Counted from the first letter of the stretch, positions 51,563 through 62,456 are shown. The stretch is DNA of 64,000 nucleotides from Thermodesulfovibrionales bacterium (GCA_963715195.1 CAVQRT010000007.1:379657-443656); one strand, 5' to 3'. Notes: generated from the letters alone by a model not told the origin. Program-made: numbers and translations.

Positions 51563-52705
51563 ATGAAACATAGGATTTTTCTGCTCGTCATTGTTGGTCT
51601 CTTTCTTCTACAGTCAATGTCGGCCTACGGTGCTGTAGAGGTGACCCTCGATTCCCTCGACCCTGCAATCCAGAATGCAAACCCTTGGTTTACGGTCAGG
51701 ACCGGTTATACTCGCCACGACATCCACAGGATCCACGGCCACAGCGTAGATATGCGGGTAGTAGAAGCTGGCGTAACTACGAAAGATACCGGTAAATTTC
51801 TTCAACCCCTTTTTCTTCTACAAGACCAATGTACAGCTATACCACCCGGCCTACCTTGCCATCGGTGACAGTGCAGAGAAGATGCCCACAATTTTTCGCA
51901 CTGTCTCTTTCGGCCCCTTCGAGCTTAAAAGCTGGCGCTCCGTGATGGATTCGAAGATTCCTATTGTAAAATCTGGCCCTAAGATTCACGTTCAGACTGT
52001 CGTCGACCATATATTTATGTTTGTTGACACCTACATCTACGAGATGGACAGAGCGGGCAAGAAGGTTGACCTTTCCGTATACCTGCCGTTATTGAAGGAG
52101 CTCATCGCCTATACGAAAGAGACCTCTCCTTCACAGAGCTACTCATCAAAGTTGATAGAGGATCTGATAAAGAAGGACCCGACTTACGCCGCTCGCCTCA
52201 AGGCGGATATAGATGGGAAATTCAAGAGGCCGATTCCTATATAGCCGAGGCGGAGGCCCTGCTCCAGCTTACTCCAGAGGAGAGGCTCAAGCTCCGTTAC
52301 CGTCAGGAGCATATCTTCAAGACGAAGGTGTATCTACTACGATACGATGGATGATTCGGACAGGGAGAACCTGCTTGAATTTGTAGAGGGTCAGTTTGCC
52401 GTCGCGATCTCGCCGGAAACCCAGTAGCAAAGCTCATTGAAGGGAGTTGGTCTTGGTTGAATCCGAAGACGGGTATCTCCTATTCTGTAAGTTACAGTCA
52501 GACATATACGATGAGGATTGGCAAGACAGATGAGTATTTGCCATGCATGAGCTTCGGCCTCTCTGTCGACCTCTCCACCTCCGTACCTGTAGAGATACCG
52601 ACGATTTGGGGGAAGAAGTCCAAGATGGGGAATAGTGTATCTGCGAAGTTTTGCGATTATGACGGGGTTAAGAAGCTTAAGCTCATAGGGGCCGAAGCTT
52701 GGTAA
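51563..52705 (+). pseudogene. Fragmented secreted hypothetical protein(s)
   Basis: Signal-peptide ORF 51563-51868 followed by same-strand fragments 51882-52244 and 52457-52705. Confidence 0.5.
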
Positions 52706-52719
52706 GCTGTTCTGCACAG

Positions 52720-52770
52720 TTCGAATAAGCGTCATTCTTCAACTTCGCAGCAGAATGACACTTATTCGAA
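52720..52770. repeat. 19-bp inverted repeat, 13-nt spacer
   Basis: TTCGAATAAGCGTCATTCT ... AGAATGACACTTATTCGAA (one mismatch). Confidence 0.85.
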
Positions 52771-53044
52771 AGATTCTGCTCTATCGGTACTTTATGAGGT
52801 GTTTGTAACAGGAAGGCATCCTCTTTGTCTGAGAAATTCAAGTCTGTTGACTTGTGGGTATACCCCTCAAAAATCCTATGTTGCCTTCGGGGTGAAAGGC
52901 GCAATCCTTCTCAAGGGTCTTTCGATGGCAACCCTCCTTCCTCCTGCACCGCAACGGTTTGAATATTTGATGACACGGTCTTTCGCTTCATAACCCGCAC
53001 CAGTGTACCAAAAGATATTCTAAAGCTTATCAAAAGAAATTAGT

Positions 53045-53103
53045 ATATAACAAAAAGTACACCAGAGGAGCGTTACGCGATTCGGTGGAACGATAAGTTA
53101 TGC
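53045..53103 (-). other. attC-like integron recombination site (59 bp)
   Basis: Minus strand GCATAAC-TTATCG-TTCCACCGA...TCTGGTGTAC-TTTTT-GTTATAT, 6 nt after the stop of 53110-53619. Confidence 0.7.
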
Positions 53104-53109
53104 GGCCCT

Positions 53110-54097
53110 CTATGGCCTTATCTCAACAATCGTGCCATTTGGCACTAACTTGTCAATTTCCTCTATTTCTTCGTCTGTAACGGCAATACACCCTTTCGTC
53201 CAGTCAACCTCTGTGTGACGATCACCAGCCCATGAGAAACCATTCTTAATGCCGTGGATCATGATGTCTCCGCCCGGAGAAACACCAAGTTCTTTTGCTC
53301 GCTTTTTGTCTTTCTCGTTTGGATAGGAAATATGAAGAGATAGGTGATAACGGCTGTCCTTGTTTCTTGAATCGATAACGTAGGTTCCCTCCGGGGTTTT
53401 GTTATCGCCTTGCCTTTCTTTTGGACCATTCGGGTTTCCCCCCAAGGCTATCTTGTAGGTCTTGAGCACCTTGCCCTTTGAGAACAACGTCAATCGTCGG
53501 TCTTTCTTTTCTATCAGAATCTTATCTGCCGGTTCCTTCTGGAGTGCAAAAACCTCTTTTTGCAGTGTAATAATCTCATTCTCTTTGCTCTTAACCTCTT
53601 GTTCAAGCGCCTCAATCATTTTTTGCAGAGTAATAATCTCATTCCTTTGCTTTTAACCTCTTGTTGGAGAGTCTCAATCTGTGTTTGCTGCGTAGCAATC
53701 GTCTTATCCTTGATAGTGACATTATTGATCTGAAATATCATCATCTCACTGTCCTTCCTGTACTCACTCTCCGGGTAATCCTTTATGAGTTTCTGAAAAC
53801 ATTCCAGAGATTTCTGATAATCTTTTTGCTCATTCCCGAGGATAGGCATAAATAATACCCATCTCGAAAAGAACTCTGTCTCCCGCCGTGGGATATTTTT
53901 CAATAATCTGCTCATATTTGCTCAGAGAGGCCTTGTAGTTTCCCTGGCTGAAAAAATCATTCGCTTCTTTGAAGGTTGACTTGGCCTGTCAATCTCTCAT
54001 TAAAGTGACTGCATCCGCATATGAGAATCGGCGTTATTACGATGCAGACAAAGAAGAAGTTTAGATGCTCACCTATCCTACTTTGCTTTTTACCCAT
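53110..54097 (-). pseudogene. Lipoprotein TPR + coiled coil + YkuD L,D-transpeptidase, frameshifted
   Basis: Lipobox ICGC, TPR helices, GDNKTPEG, IMIHG...TKGCIAV. The YkuD part (53110-53619) is open. Confidence 0.82.
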
Positions 54098-54200
54098 ATC
54101 GCCTTCGTGTTCGTTAATAATATGTTTGATGGTTGTAGTACTATTCCTCTTCCTGCTTTATCCAAAACATGGTCCAGACAGCCTTGAACGGTGGAAGCAT

Positions 54201-54238
54201 AAGGAAGTGGCAGAGTCTCAAAACCCTGCCACTTCCTT
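54201..54238. terminator. Hairpin downstream of the Lpp-like gene
   Basis: AAGGAAGTGGCAG...CTGCCACTTCCTT. Confidence 0.6.
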
Positions 54239-54275
54239 GCCAGTGGCAAAGTTAACAGCTCCCCATAAAATTGAC

Positions 54276-54610
54276 TTACTTCTTCATTGATCTTTTGAAA
54301 AGCTCTTCAGTCTTCTTCGCCTTTTCCTCTGCTATCTTCGCCTTTTCATCTGCTGCCCTAGCCCTTTCCTCTGCCGCCATCTTGCCCTTTCTACAGCATT
54401 TTCGGCACGGGCTGCGGCTTCATTTGCCTTTATCGTGGCCGCATCGGCTGCTGCCTTGGCTGTCTGCGCATCCTGCGCTGCCTGATCAGCTTTCGCACCA
54501 GTCAGCATTTGCTCCGACTGAACTTTCTCGAGGTCACCTCTTGTTGCACAGCCCACCACAGTAATAGCAAGAACAAGCATCATTGAGATCACCAAAAGAC
54601 TCTTCTTCAT
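54276..54610 (-). pseudogene. Lpp/OprI-like alanine-zipper lipoprotein, one frameshift
   Basis: AAGGAGG RBS, lipobox VVGC, Ala zipper; second frame ends ...EELFKRSMKK*. Confidence 0.85.
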
Positions 54611-54635
54611 CGTTTAATCACCTCCTTTCTCTCGA

Positions 54636-55974
54636 CTATCTCTTCTTGACAGGTTCAATCAATATACCATCTATTTCCAAATCAATTTTCAAGCGTTTGA
54701 CTGCATCTTTGGCCTCTCTGATATCATTGAAAGGGCCAGCGATAACACGGTAGCTATCGTTCTTTGATAACACCCTTGCCGGGATTTGTGGACCCTGGTG
54801 GTTGATAATGGCGGCAAGCCTCAGAGCATCAATCTCGTCACGCACATCAGCAGCCAAAACAGACCACGCCTCTGTTTTCAGTTCTGGTATTTCTGGTCTG
54901 CCATATAATTCGCCTGGGTGCTTGACTTCTATGGTTTCCGCAACCCCTTTTCCACTTCCTTGCCTGATCTCGAATATGGGGACAGGAATCCCGCGGGCCT
55001 CGGCCAATACTTTCTTAACTTTGCTCCAGTCAAGCGTGCGCCCTGATTCCTTTTCAATATTTCTCAATTTTGTATATATCTTATCAAACTCAACAGCGTC
55101 CAAGTCTTCCGGGGGCGCATGAACTTCCATGTAAATTACTCCATTACGTTGACCTACGAGATATGGCTGGTTAACGATGTTTACAGGTGTTTTAACCGGG
55201 GTGTTCTCATAGAGTTTCTTCACGTCTTCCGGATAGAGTCTTATGCAGCCATTGGTTGCCCTAAGACCAATGCTGGCCGGTTTATTAGTGCCATGGATCA
55301 AATAACTCGACTTACTTAAATATAGCGCGTATTCTCCCAGGGGATTTTGAGGCCCCGGCGGAACTTTAGCGGGCAGAGGATCTCCTTTTTTTCGATGATC
55401 CTCAGCAATTGAGGCAGGCACATGCCAGGTCGGCCGGATTACCTTGCGCTCCACATGCATTTGACCTATGGGCGAGGGTCGCTCTTCGGTACCGACACCG
55501 ACCGGGTAGGTCAACACCGCCAGTGACTCACTATCTCCTTTAAATTGAAAAAGCCTCATTGCGGCTAAGTTGATCACGATGCCTTTTCTGGGAGCGTCCG
55601 GCAGGATAAAACTCAGCGGCAACATGATACGTTCTCCGGCCTTGGGCACCCATACATCTACCCCTGGATTAGCTGCACTGATTCCATTGAGTCCCAGGCT
55701 GAAGTGTCTTGCAATATCCGGCAGCGTATCCCCCTTTTCAAGCACTGATGAACTGCCAACCGGCCAATGACGTCATCTCCTTTTGCAACCGAAAACTCAT
55801 TTCGTTCGAAATATTCTTTCAGGATAGCTTGGAAAAGGCGAGGGTGTCTCTTGAACGCTTTTCACTAAAGCACATCCCTGAAGAGATAAGATGAATATAG
55901 ACAGAACTATAAGACGACGCCAATTGAATAAGAGTGGTAGGTCAATGATTCGGCACATAAATTAAATTTAGCAT
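54636..55974 (-). CDS. ErfK/SrfK L,D-transpeptidase with LysM and SPOR domains; 5' end frameshifted
   Basis: GDTLPDIARHF, INLAAMRL, PTWHVP, GPQNPLG, IHGTN...TNGCIRL, SPOR YRVIAGPF. Open 54636-55745. Confidence 0.88.
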
Positions 55975-56843
55975 ATCAATAGTAAACCTTTCATGAAGAA
56001 AACTTAATAAATCATTTTTCCGTAAAGCATCGATGAAATATTTCATTTTAAAATGGTATTTCCTGATATTAAGGACTAAATACCATCATGGTAAAAACCG
56101 GTAATTTTGTCAGGCAATGCTAATTCCCATATGTACCCTCCAAAAGTTTAATATGTTCTGAAGGCCTTCATTACAAAAGGAATTGTGTAATAGATTCATT
56201 TTCTGATCACTACGGAGTTGCAGGTAGTCCCGACACCCTAAAAAGTATTAAGCCCTCAAAATCTAATTTTCCTCAAAAGAAGAGTCAATATCGCTGAATT
56301 GCATTTGTAAGTCTCACCTATCGAAAATCATGTGTGGTGTTGACTTGAAGACATCCGTATTATTTGAGAAACCTCAAGACTGTTGAGTATTAGGTGAAAT
56401 CGCAATCCTGATTGCCTTTGAGGATGCGTGTTTGTAATTGTAATCCTCACCTAATGAATATCATCAGAAATAAACACCTTTTTAGGGCTGAAGAAGATTC
56501 TCAGATTCTTCCTATTATCCGCATTATTCCGGGCACGTTGACGAACCGCATATCACATAGGAACGATTACCCCTCCAGCTTTCACATATTATTCATTTCC
56601 ATTTCAAAGAAGCACGCCTGATGGGTTGGTTCAAGAGTAATTTTCGAAGCACGCAGGGAAGATACCTTCCGCATCATTATGAGGAACCCCAAATAGTGCC
56701 AGTTCACAGAGAAAGTAAGATTTTGAATCTGTACAAAATTGCTCTCAATACGATCTATGATGATTAACGGTAAACTGCCTTTGCCCTCATGTTAATATTC
56801 TCAATAGACACAAGAAGGGGTGTTTAGAGATAGATGTGTAATC

Positions 56844-57719
56844 CTATATTTTTTTGAATGCCTCCTCAACTACAATGCCCTTATTATTCGCATATCCGGA
56901 AACCATATATTCCGTTGTATGCAATATCGTAAAAAACCCTTTCCTGTTAATCAGGATTATTCCTGCCTGCCCCCCCAGTTTAACGAGCCGTTTAAGGGGC
57001 TGCGACGCCGCTTTGTATGGAGGCTTGTCTCTCAAGTTCATGCATATTTCCTTTGCGAGAGATAGCCTGATGATATATTCGCCGACACCCGTGCATGACA
57101 CTGCACCGAGGGAGTTTTCCGCATAAATGCCTGCTCCTATAATTGGGGTGTCGCCGACCCTACCGGGTAACATGGCTCTGATTCCGCCGGTTGATGCACC
57201 TGCAGCAAAGTCGCCGTGCACATCGACTGCCACGGCCCCTACGGTCGAGAAATAACGTCCGTATGACTGCAGAAAGACTTTTTCTTTTTGCAAATTCTTA
57301 TGGAGCATTTCCATGTCTTTCTTGCCAACCGAGGGCAAAATGGGTATGTTCTCTTTAGCTGAGATCTTCTGTGCTCCTATGTTGGTCAGCATGATATTGG
57401 GCAAGTTCATGACTACTCTAGCCGCAACGACCGGATTCCTTATTTCCTCAAGACCTATTACCGATCCGGCCTGCAGGTTTCTACCTTCCATGACTGACGC
57501 GTCCAATCGTCTTACTCCATCAGTCTGAAGGTTCGCTCCCAATCCGGCGTTAAATATACCTGAGTCTTCAAGAAACCTTATAGCTTCAGTCACTGCATCG
57601 AGAGCTGTACCGCCATTCTTCAATATCGAGTAGCCGTATGAAAGAGATTCACACAATTTTTTGAGGGCCCTATTTGTTGGCTTTTTTCGCCCGGCACCCC
57701 CGTGAACGAGCAGAATCAT
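56844..57719 (-). CDS. iaaA: Isoaspartyl peptidase/L-asparaginase (Ntn hydrolase)
   Basis: VHGGAG, FNAG.G, TVGAVA, STGG, GRVGD, TGVGE. Confidence 0.93.
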   Translation of the reverse strand: MILLVHGGAGRKKPTNRALKKLCESLSYGYSILKNGGTALDAVTEAIRFLEDSGIFNAGLGANLQTDGVRRLDASVMEGRNLQAGSVIGLEEIRNPVVAARVVMNLPNIMLTNIGAQKISAKENIPILPSVGKKDMEMLHKNLQKEKVFLQSYGRYFSTVGAVAVDVHGDFAAGASTGGIRAMLPGRVGDTPIIGAGIYAENSLGAVSCTGVGEYIIRLSLAKEICMNLRDKPPYKAASQPLKRLVKLGGQAGIILINRKGFFTILHTTEYMVSGYANNKGIVVEEAFKKI

Positions 57720-58205
57720 ATATCCAGAATTATATCAGACTGAGATGGTGCATAATATTGGAAAGAATTTTGTATCTAATAACCCAGGATAGCCTTTTGC
57801 ATCTTTCGCCCCGACGGTAACATGCCTTATTTGCTAATGTCACATAGAACTACTTACCTCTCCAACTTTTGCATATCATTTATTTCCCATGCAAACATTC
57901 GCGGCTTTTTGTTTCTTTGAACAGGAAAGACTACCTTTGAAAATATTGAGGGAAGATGCCTTCCTGATATCCGCACCTGTGATATGCTTTCCAAAACTAC
58001 AGAGTACAAGCAGAATTAATGAATGCAGAAGGTAAGGGCTGATAACAAGAGGTCGGTATGATGGTCCTCAGAAGCAAAGAAGGCATAACGGCATGTCGAT
58101 TGATGTCTTTAAAAGGAAGAAATACATACTATAAAGCTTTTTTTGAGGAACAAGTTCTCGTTTAATAGATATCAATGTTATGCCTGCTTTATAATATAGG
58201 CACAG

Positions 58206-58943
58206 ATGTCTAAAGATCAGAAATCAGAAAAAGAAAATAGTGTAGGGGATTCTATATCTGCTCCAAATGCTCGATGGACATTCAGCTGTGGAGTTGCCGA
58301 GCACTTCGACAGTCATGTCAAACGGTCTATCCCATTTTTTCAAGATGGCCATGAGTTAATTCTTAAGCTTTCTGATTTTTTTATATATAATGGATCCCTC
58401 GTTTACGATCTCGGGTGCTCGACTGGTTCTCTAATCGGCCAGCTTGCGATACGAAGTGCAGGTAAAAACGTTAGGATTGTTGGTATAGACAACGAACCTG
58501 AAATGGTCAAGAAAGCCCAGAAAGCCTGCTTGAATTTCCCCAACGTCATTATTCAGGAAGGTGATATCGTTGATTTTCCTTTTGAACCAACAGACCTGAT
58601 TATATCTTTTTACACTATCCAGTTCGTGCGTCCGCGTTACCGTCAACAGCTCTTCAATGAGATTTACAATACCTTAAACTGGGGGGGAGGATTCATATTA
58701 TTTGAGAAAGTCCGTGCACCAGATGCGCGCTTTCAAGACATGATGACTTCTCTTTACTCAGACTATAAAATCGATCAAGGATTTAGCGAGGTCGAGATCG
58801 TTAACAAAGCTAGAAGTCTCAAAGGGATTCTGGAACCTTTTTCGACTCAGGGCAACATAGATCTGCTTAAGAGAGCCGGCTTCCTTGATATCATGACTGT
58901 GTTTAAATATGTATGCTTCGAAGGATTCCTGGCGATTAAGTAG
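58206..58943 (+). CDS. CmoA-like SAM-dependent enzyme
   Basis: WTF...VAEHFDSHVKRSIP, YDLGCSTG, GIDN, TIQF, EK, K.RSL. Confidence 0.8.
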   Translation: MSKDQKSEKENSVGDSISAPNARWTFSCGVAEHFDSHVKRSIPFFQDGHELILKLSDFFIYNGSLVYDLGCSTGSLIGQLAIRSAGKNVRIVGIDNEPEMVKKAQKACLNFPNVIIQEGDIVDFPFEPTDLIISFYTIQFVRPRYRQQLFNEIYNTLNWGGGFILFEKVRAPDARFQDMMTSLYSDYKIDQGFSEVEIVNKARSLKGILEPFSTQGNIDLLKRAGFLDIMTVFKYVCFEGFLAIK

Positions 58944-58962
58944 AACAGTTTGAAATATATAT

Positions 58963-59739
58963 GTGAATTCATTGGACAAACTGGGAAAGATATACCATCC
59001 GCGATATCATGACATAAAGAATATCGGTTCTTTTAATGCTGCCAGAAAGATTCTGCCAATTCTGTTCCATGCTTTTAAGATTCAGTCAGTCGTTGATTTC
59101 GGTTGTGCCGCCGGCACCTGGTTAGCTGCTGCCAAAGAGCTGGGAGCCACAGATCTTACTGGCATTGAGGGATCATGGGCTGACAACTGGGTTAATGATA
59201 CCATTATTTCGAGAAACGATTTCTCCTTAGTTCTGCAGAATCTGGAAGAACCAGTTCGAGTTACAAAGGAGTATGATCTGGCAGTTTCACTTGAAACAGC
59301 AGAGCATCTTAGACCTAGGCGAGCAGAGACCTTCGTTGAAGACCTTTGTGCTGCCTCAAAAAAGATTCTCTTCAGTGCGGCGATACCTGGCCAAGGCGGA
59401 AACAACCATTTCAATGAGCAATGGCCCAGTTACTGGACGGCAATTTTTTTACGTTTTTGTTACGTGCCCGTCGACTGCATCCGTCCAAGGATCTGGAGCG
59501 ATGACACTATACCTTGGTGGTATCGTCAGAATTGTCTGCTATATGTGAAGGAGAGTGATCTGGAGAGAGTTCGTTTGGAGATAAATAGTTCACTTCCCCC
59601 TTTGTCAGGGCCGTTAGATATTGTCCATCCCGAACTCTTCTTGCAAACTCAAACAAGTTGCATTAGATCTCTAAAAGCAAATAGATTTCCTATTTCTCTT
59701 TTCCGCGCTTTATGGCGGCGCTTAAGAATGCGGCAATAA
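58963..59739 (+). CDS. Class I SAM methyltransferase
   Basis: VVDFGCAAGTWL, SLETAEHL, FSAAIPGQGG..HFNEQ, WWYRQN. Confidence 0.88.
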   Translation: MNSLDKLGKIYHPRYHDIKNIGSFNAARKILPILFHAFKIQSVVDFGCAAGTWLAAAKELGATDLTGIEGSWADNWVNDTIISRNDFSLVLQNLEEPVRVTKEYDLAVSLETAEHLRPRRAETFVEDLCAASKKILFSAAIPGQGGNNHFNEQWPSYWTAIFLRFCYVPVDCIRPRIWSDDTIPWWYRQNCLLYVKESDLERVRLEINSSLPPLSGPLDIVHPELFLQTQTSCIRSLKANRFPISLFRALWRRLRMRQ

Positions 59740-60278
59740 GCATATTTCTCCTAAAAATCTTCAGTTGCTGTAATTTCCTGAAAGTGTGGTGTAGTGGGTG
59801 GACCCGACACCCCGCAAAGCATCTATTCGCCAGCAGACGTTTTTCGTTTCAAGAAGTATCTTTCTTATTGATTTGCATTTGAACAGCGCATCCCACCAAA
59901 AATAGCCTCAATGCGTCTTTGATGTAGATATCTTTCCTGAAAAGTTCGCTTTGTAGCAACCACTTGATTGAAGTGCCTCGCGCTTCAGACTTAATGAAGT
60001 CATGGAAAACTCTGGTAAAAGCCTCTCAATCACTGAGGACTATTTGAGGCAGATTTCTATACGGTCTCACTCCTTATTCTTTAGGGCGAAGAGCCGGTGA
60101 AAGATCCACGCCCAAAATTAACTGAGTTTATACTTCAAAAACTGAGTCACACTTCACTTTCGGACATGGCACGTTTAAAGCGTCATACCGTGAAAAAGTG
60201 TTAGCAATACGTTAGCAATTTATCTCTCAGCAAAATAATTAAAGTCCTTCGCACTTCGAAACCCATTGCTATTATTGA

Positions 60279-60362
60279 TGGTGCGAGAGAGGGGAGTCGA
60301 ACCCCTACGGAATATCCACTGGATCCTAAGTCCAGCGCGTCTGCCAGTTCCGCCACTCTCGC
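60279..60362 (-). tRNA. tRNA-Leu(TAG)
   Basis: GCGAGAG/CTCTCGC plus ACCA, anticodon arm CTGGA-CTTAGGA-TCCAG, long variable arm, GGTTCGACTCC; promoter TTGACC-18-TAAAAT just upstream. Confidence 0.96.
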
Positions 60363-60444
60363 ATAGTTGATTTTAAAGGATTTTTTGAGATACGGTCAAC
60401 GCGCCCTACCCTCACCGTGACCAAAACGTGACCAACTCTGACAC

Positions 60445-60942
60445 GAGTCTAACACTTCTATACTCGATCTCAGACTTTCCGTGTAGTGATGTGCATAATG
60501 TGCCGTCATCGCCAACGTCTTATGTCCGAGAAGCTCTTTCACCTTGTAGAGGTCAACTCCGCTCTGGACGAGTCTCGTCGCAAAGGTCTCAGATCATGAA
60601 AATGAAAATCTTCTATTCCTGACTTCCTGAGTGCTTTTTCAAAGGCCTCTCTCAGGCTTCTCACAGAGATGGGAAACACCCGGTTTGAGATATCCACTAC
60701 CTTACTCATTTCTCTGAAGGCGTTATAGACCGCCTGAGACATAGGGATACTCCTCTTCTCATTCCCGTGTGAAGAGCAAAGATAAGGAACGGTCTTAACA
60801 AGGGTAGATTCTTGGCACAACCAAGCAGTGTATCTTCCTCTTCGATACACAACCACCTGTCCCTTGCATTCTTGTTTCCTACAGCAAATGAGAGATCAGA
60901 AACCGGATTATCCCTTGTCCACTTCCATTCTCTCCGCGCCAA
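60445..60942 (-). pseudogene. Tyrosine integrase remnant
   Basis: FALHTGMRRG, NEKRSIPM, DFHFHDLR, GVDLYKVKELLGHKTLAMTAHYAH across three frames; N-terminus missing. Confidence 0.88.
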
Positions 60943-60950
60943 ACTACGTC

Positions 60951-61226
60951 TTACTTATTTACTGCGTCCTTGAAAGCCTTCCCAGCTGAGAACTTAGGGA
61001 CTTTCCGTGCAGCAATTTTAATAGTTGCGCCTGTCTGAGGATTCCTGCCTGTCCGTGCTTTCCTTTTCGAGACTGAGAATGTGCCGAAACCTACGAGAGC
61101 AACCTTGTCTCCCTTTTTGACCGCTTTGGTGATTGCCTCAATCGCTCCGTCAAGCGCCTTGCCAGCGCAGGCCTTGGTACACCCCGATGCAGCTGCCATC
61201 TTTTCGATCAGATCTGCCTTTGTCAT
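60951..61226 (-). CDS. hup: DNA-binding protein HU
   Basis: [29 protein letters not shown]. Confidence 0.96.
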   Translation of the reverse strand: MTKADLIEKMAAASGCTKACAGKALDGAIEAITKAVKKGDKVALVGFGTFSVSKRKARTGRNPQTGATIKIAARKVPKFSAGKAFKDAVNK

Positions 61227-61385
61227 GTTTCCCTCCTATGAAAATTTAAATTACACGAGTATATAAAATCGGGAATAATTGACAATCCCAAAGACTCAGC
61301 AAATGACAATATTCCGATGCATTCAGATACTTCACAATATTCCCCAAAAAACCTGAGAGTTTATTAACAGCCATTCTGTGGTTTT

Positions 61386-62425
61386 ATGTCATCTCGAAAG
61401 TTTATAATTAATTCTTATGGAAAAACGGAGCAAAATATCCCTTTTGCTCTTAGGGCTATTAGGAATAGTGATCGTCTTTCTCATCGTCCTTTTTTTTCCG
61501 TCCCTGCCTACATAAATTCGGGAGTTGTAAAGAAAAAAGTGAATGCCTATTTCTTTCAGAAAACAGGCGGGAGCATAGCAGTCGAGGAATCAGTCATTCA
61601 CCTCTTTCCCCTCCCTCACATCGATATCCGGCAAGTACGTATCTCGGTGCCCAAAAAGGCAGATGGTCTTATCCAATCTCTCGATATATATCCCGCGCTA
61701 TGGCCGCTTCTCAGGGGCAATGTGCAGTTTTCCAAACTTAGTCTTGAATCACCACGTTTTACTATTGCCCTCTCTGAAGATAAGGAAAAGACTTCCCTTG
61801 ATGAAATCGAAGCAAAAATCAATCTCGATGATAAGGCGGAGTTCGAAATCACCGACGGACAGATGAGAATATCTGCTGATGAAATATACCCCTGGATCAC
61901 CTCATTCGAAAATATCAAACCGGTCCTCAAGGATTAATCGTCAATGAAAGGCTTGGTTGTGGTTTCCTGCTTGAACCTGAAGGGCCCTCTCTATCAGCCA
62001 AAACCGAAAACATAAAGGGGAAATTGCCTGACCTGAACAAGACGATGATAGACTATCGTGCTTTCATTGCGAGCGGCACGATAAAAGAACATATGATAGA
62101 TGTGGAGCAGGCAACCCTCGATGCTTCAACCTTCGGAATACTTGCCCAGGGACAAGTTGACCTGTATAATTAGACCCTTGATCTGAACGCTCTTGTGGCT
62201 CCGTTGAACTTCGGTCAAAGTTTCGTGGGTAAAATTCCTGTAGTGGGACATCTCATGGGCAGCAACATAGTCTCTGTCCCTGTAAAGATCAGCGGGAATC
62301 TGTCCGATCCGCAGGTTACCTTCTTATCACCTGCGGCCATAGGGTCGACATTCATCGGCATTATAGAAAGAACCATCAAACTGCCAATAACGATAATAGA
62401 ACCAGTGCTGCCCGAGAAAAAATAA
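61386..62425 (+). pseudogene. AsmA-like protein remnant with large internal deletions
   Basis: N-terminal AsmA-like segment (LWPLLRGNVQFSKLSLESP) and C-terminal KIPVVGHLM...VKISGNLSDPQV, separated by stops and frameshifts. Confidence 0.65.
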
Positions 62426-62456
62426 GAGTAACCCCCGTCTTTTCTACAAACTCTAA

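Larger units (their letters stand above)
37394..60362. mobile_element. tRNA-Leu-anchored genomic island (~23 kb)
   Basis: Flanking direct repeat, visibly AT-richer DNA, long intergenic gaps, pseudogenes. No intact integrase inside. Confidence 0.8.

Noticed and set aside
52925..53040. Possible N-terminal relic of an integron integrase near the attC-like site
   Set aside because: Only a vague resemblance, interrupted by stops, with no catalytic motifs.
44570..55800. Programmed frameshifting or Sec/Pyl readthrough as the cause of split genes
   Set aside because: The breaks are scattered indels without consistent slippery sites or in-frame TGA/TAG at catalytic positions.
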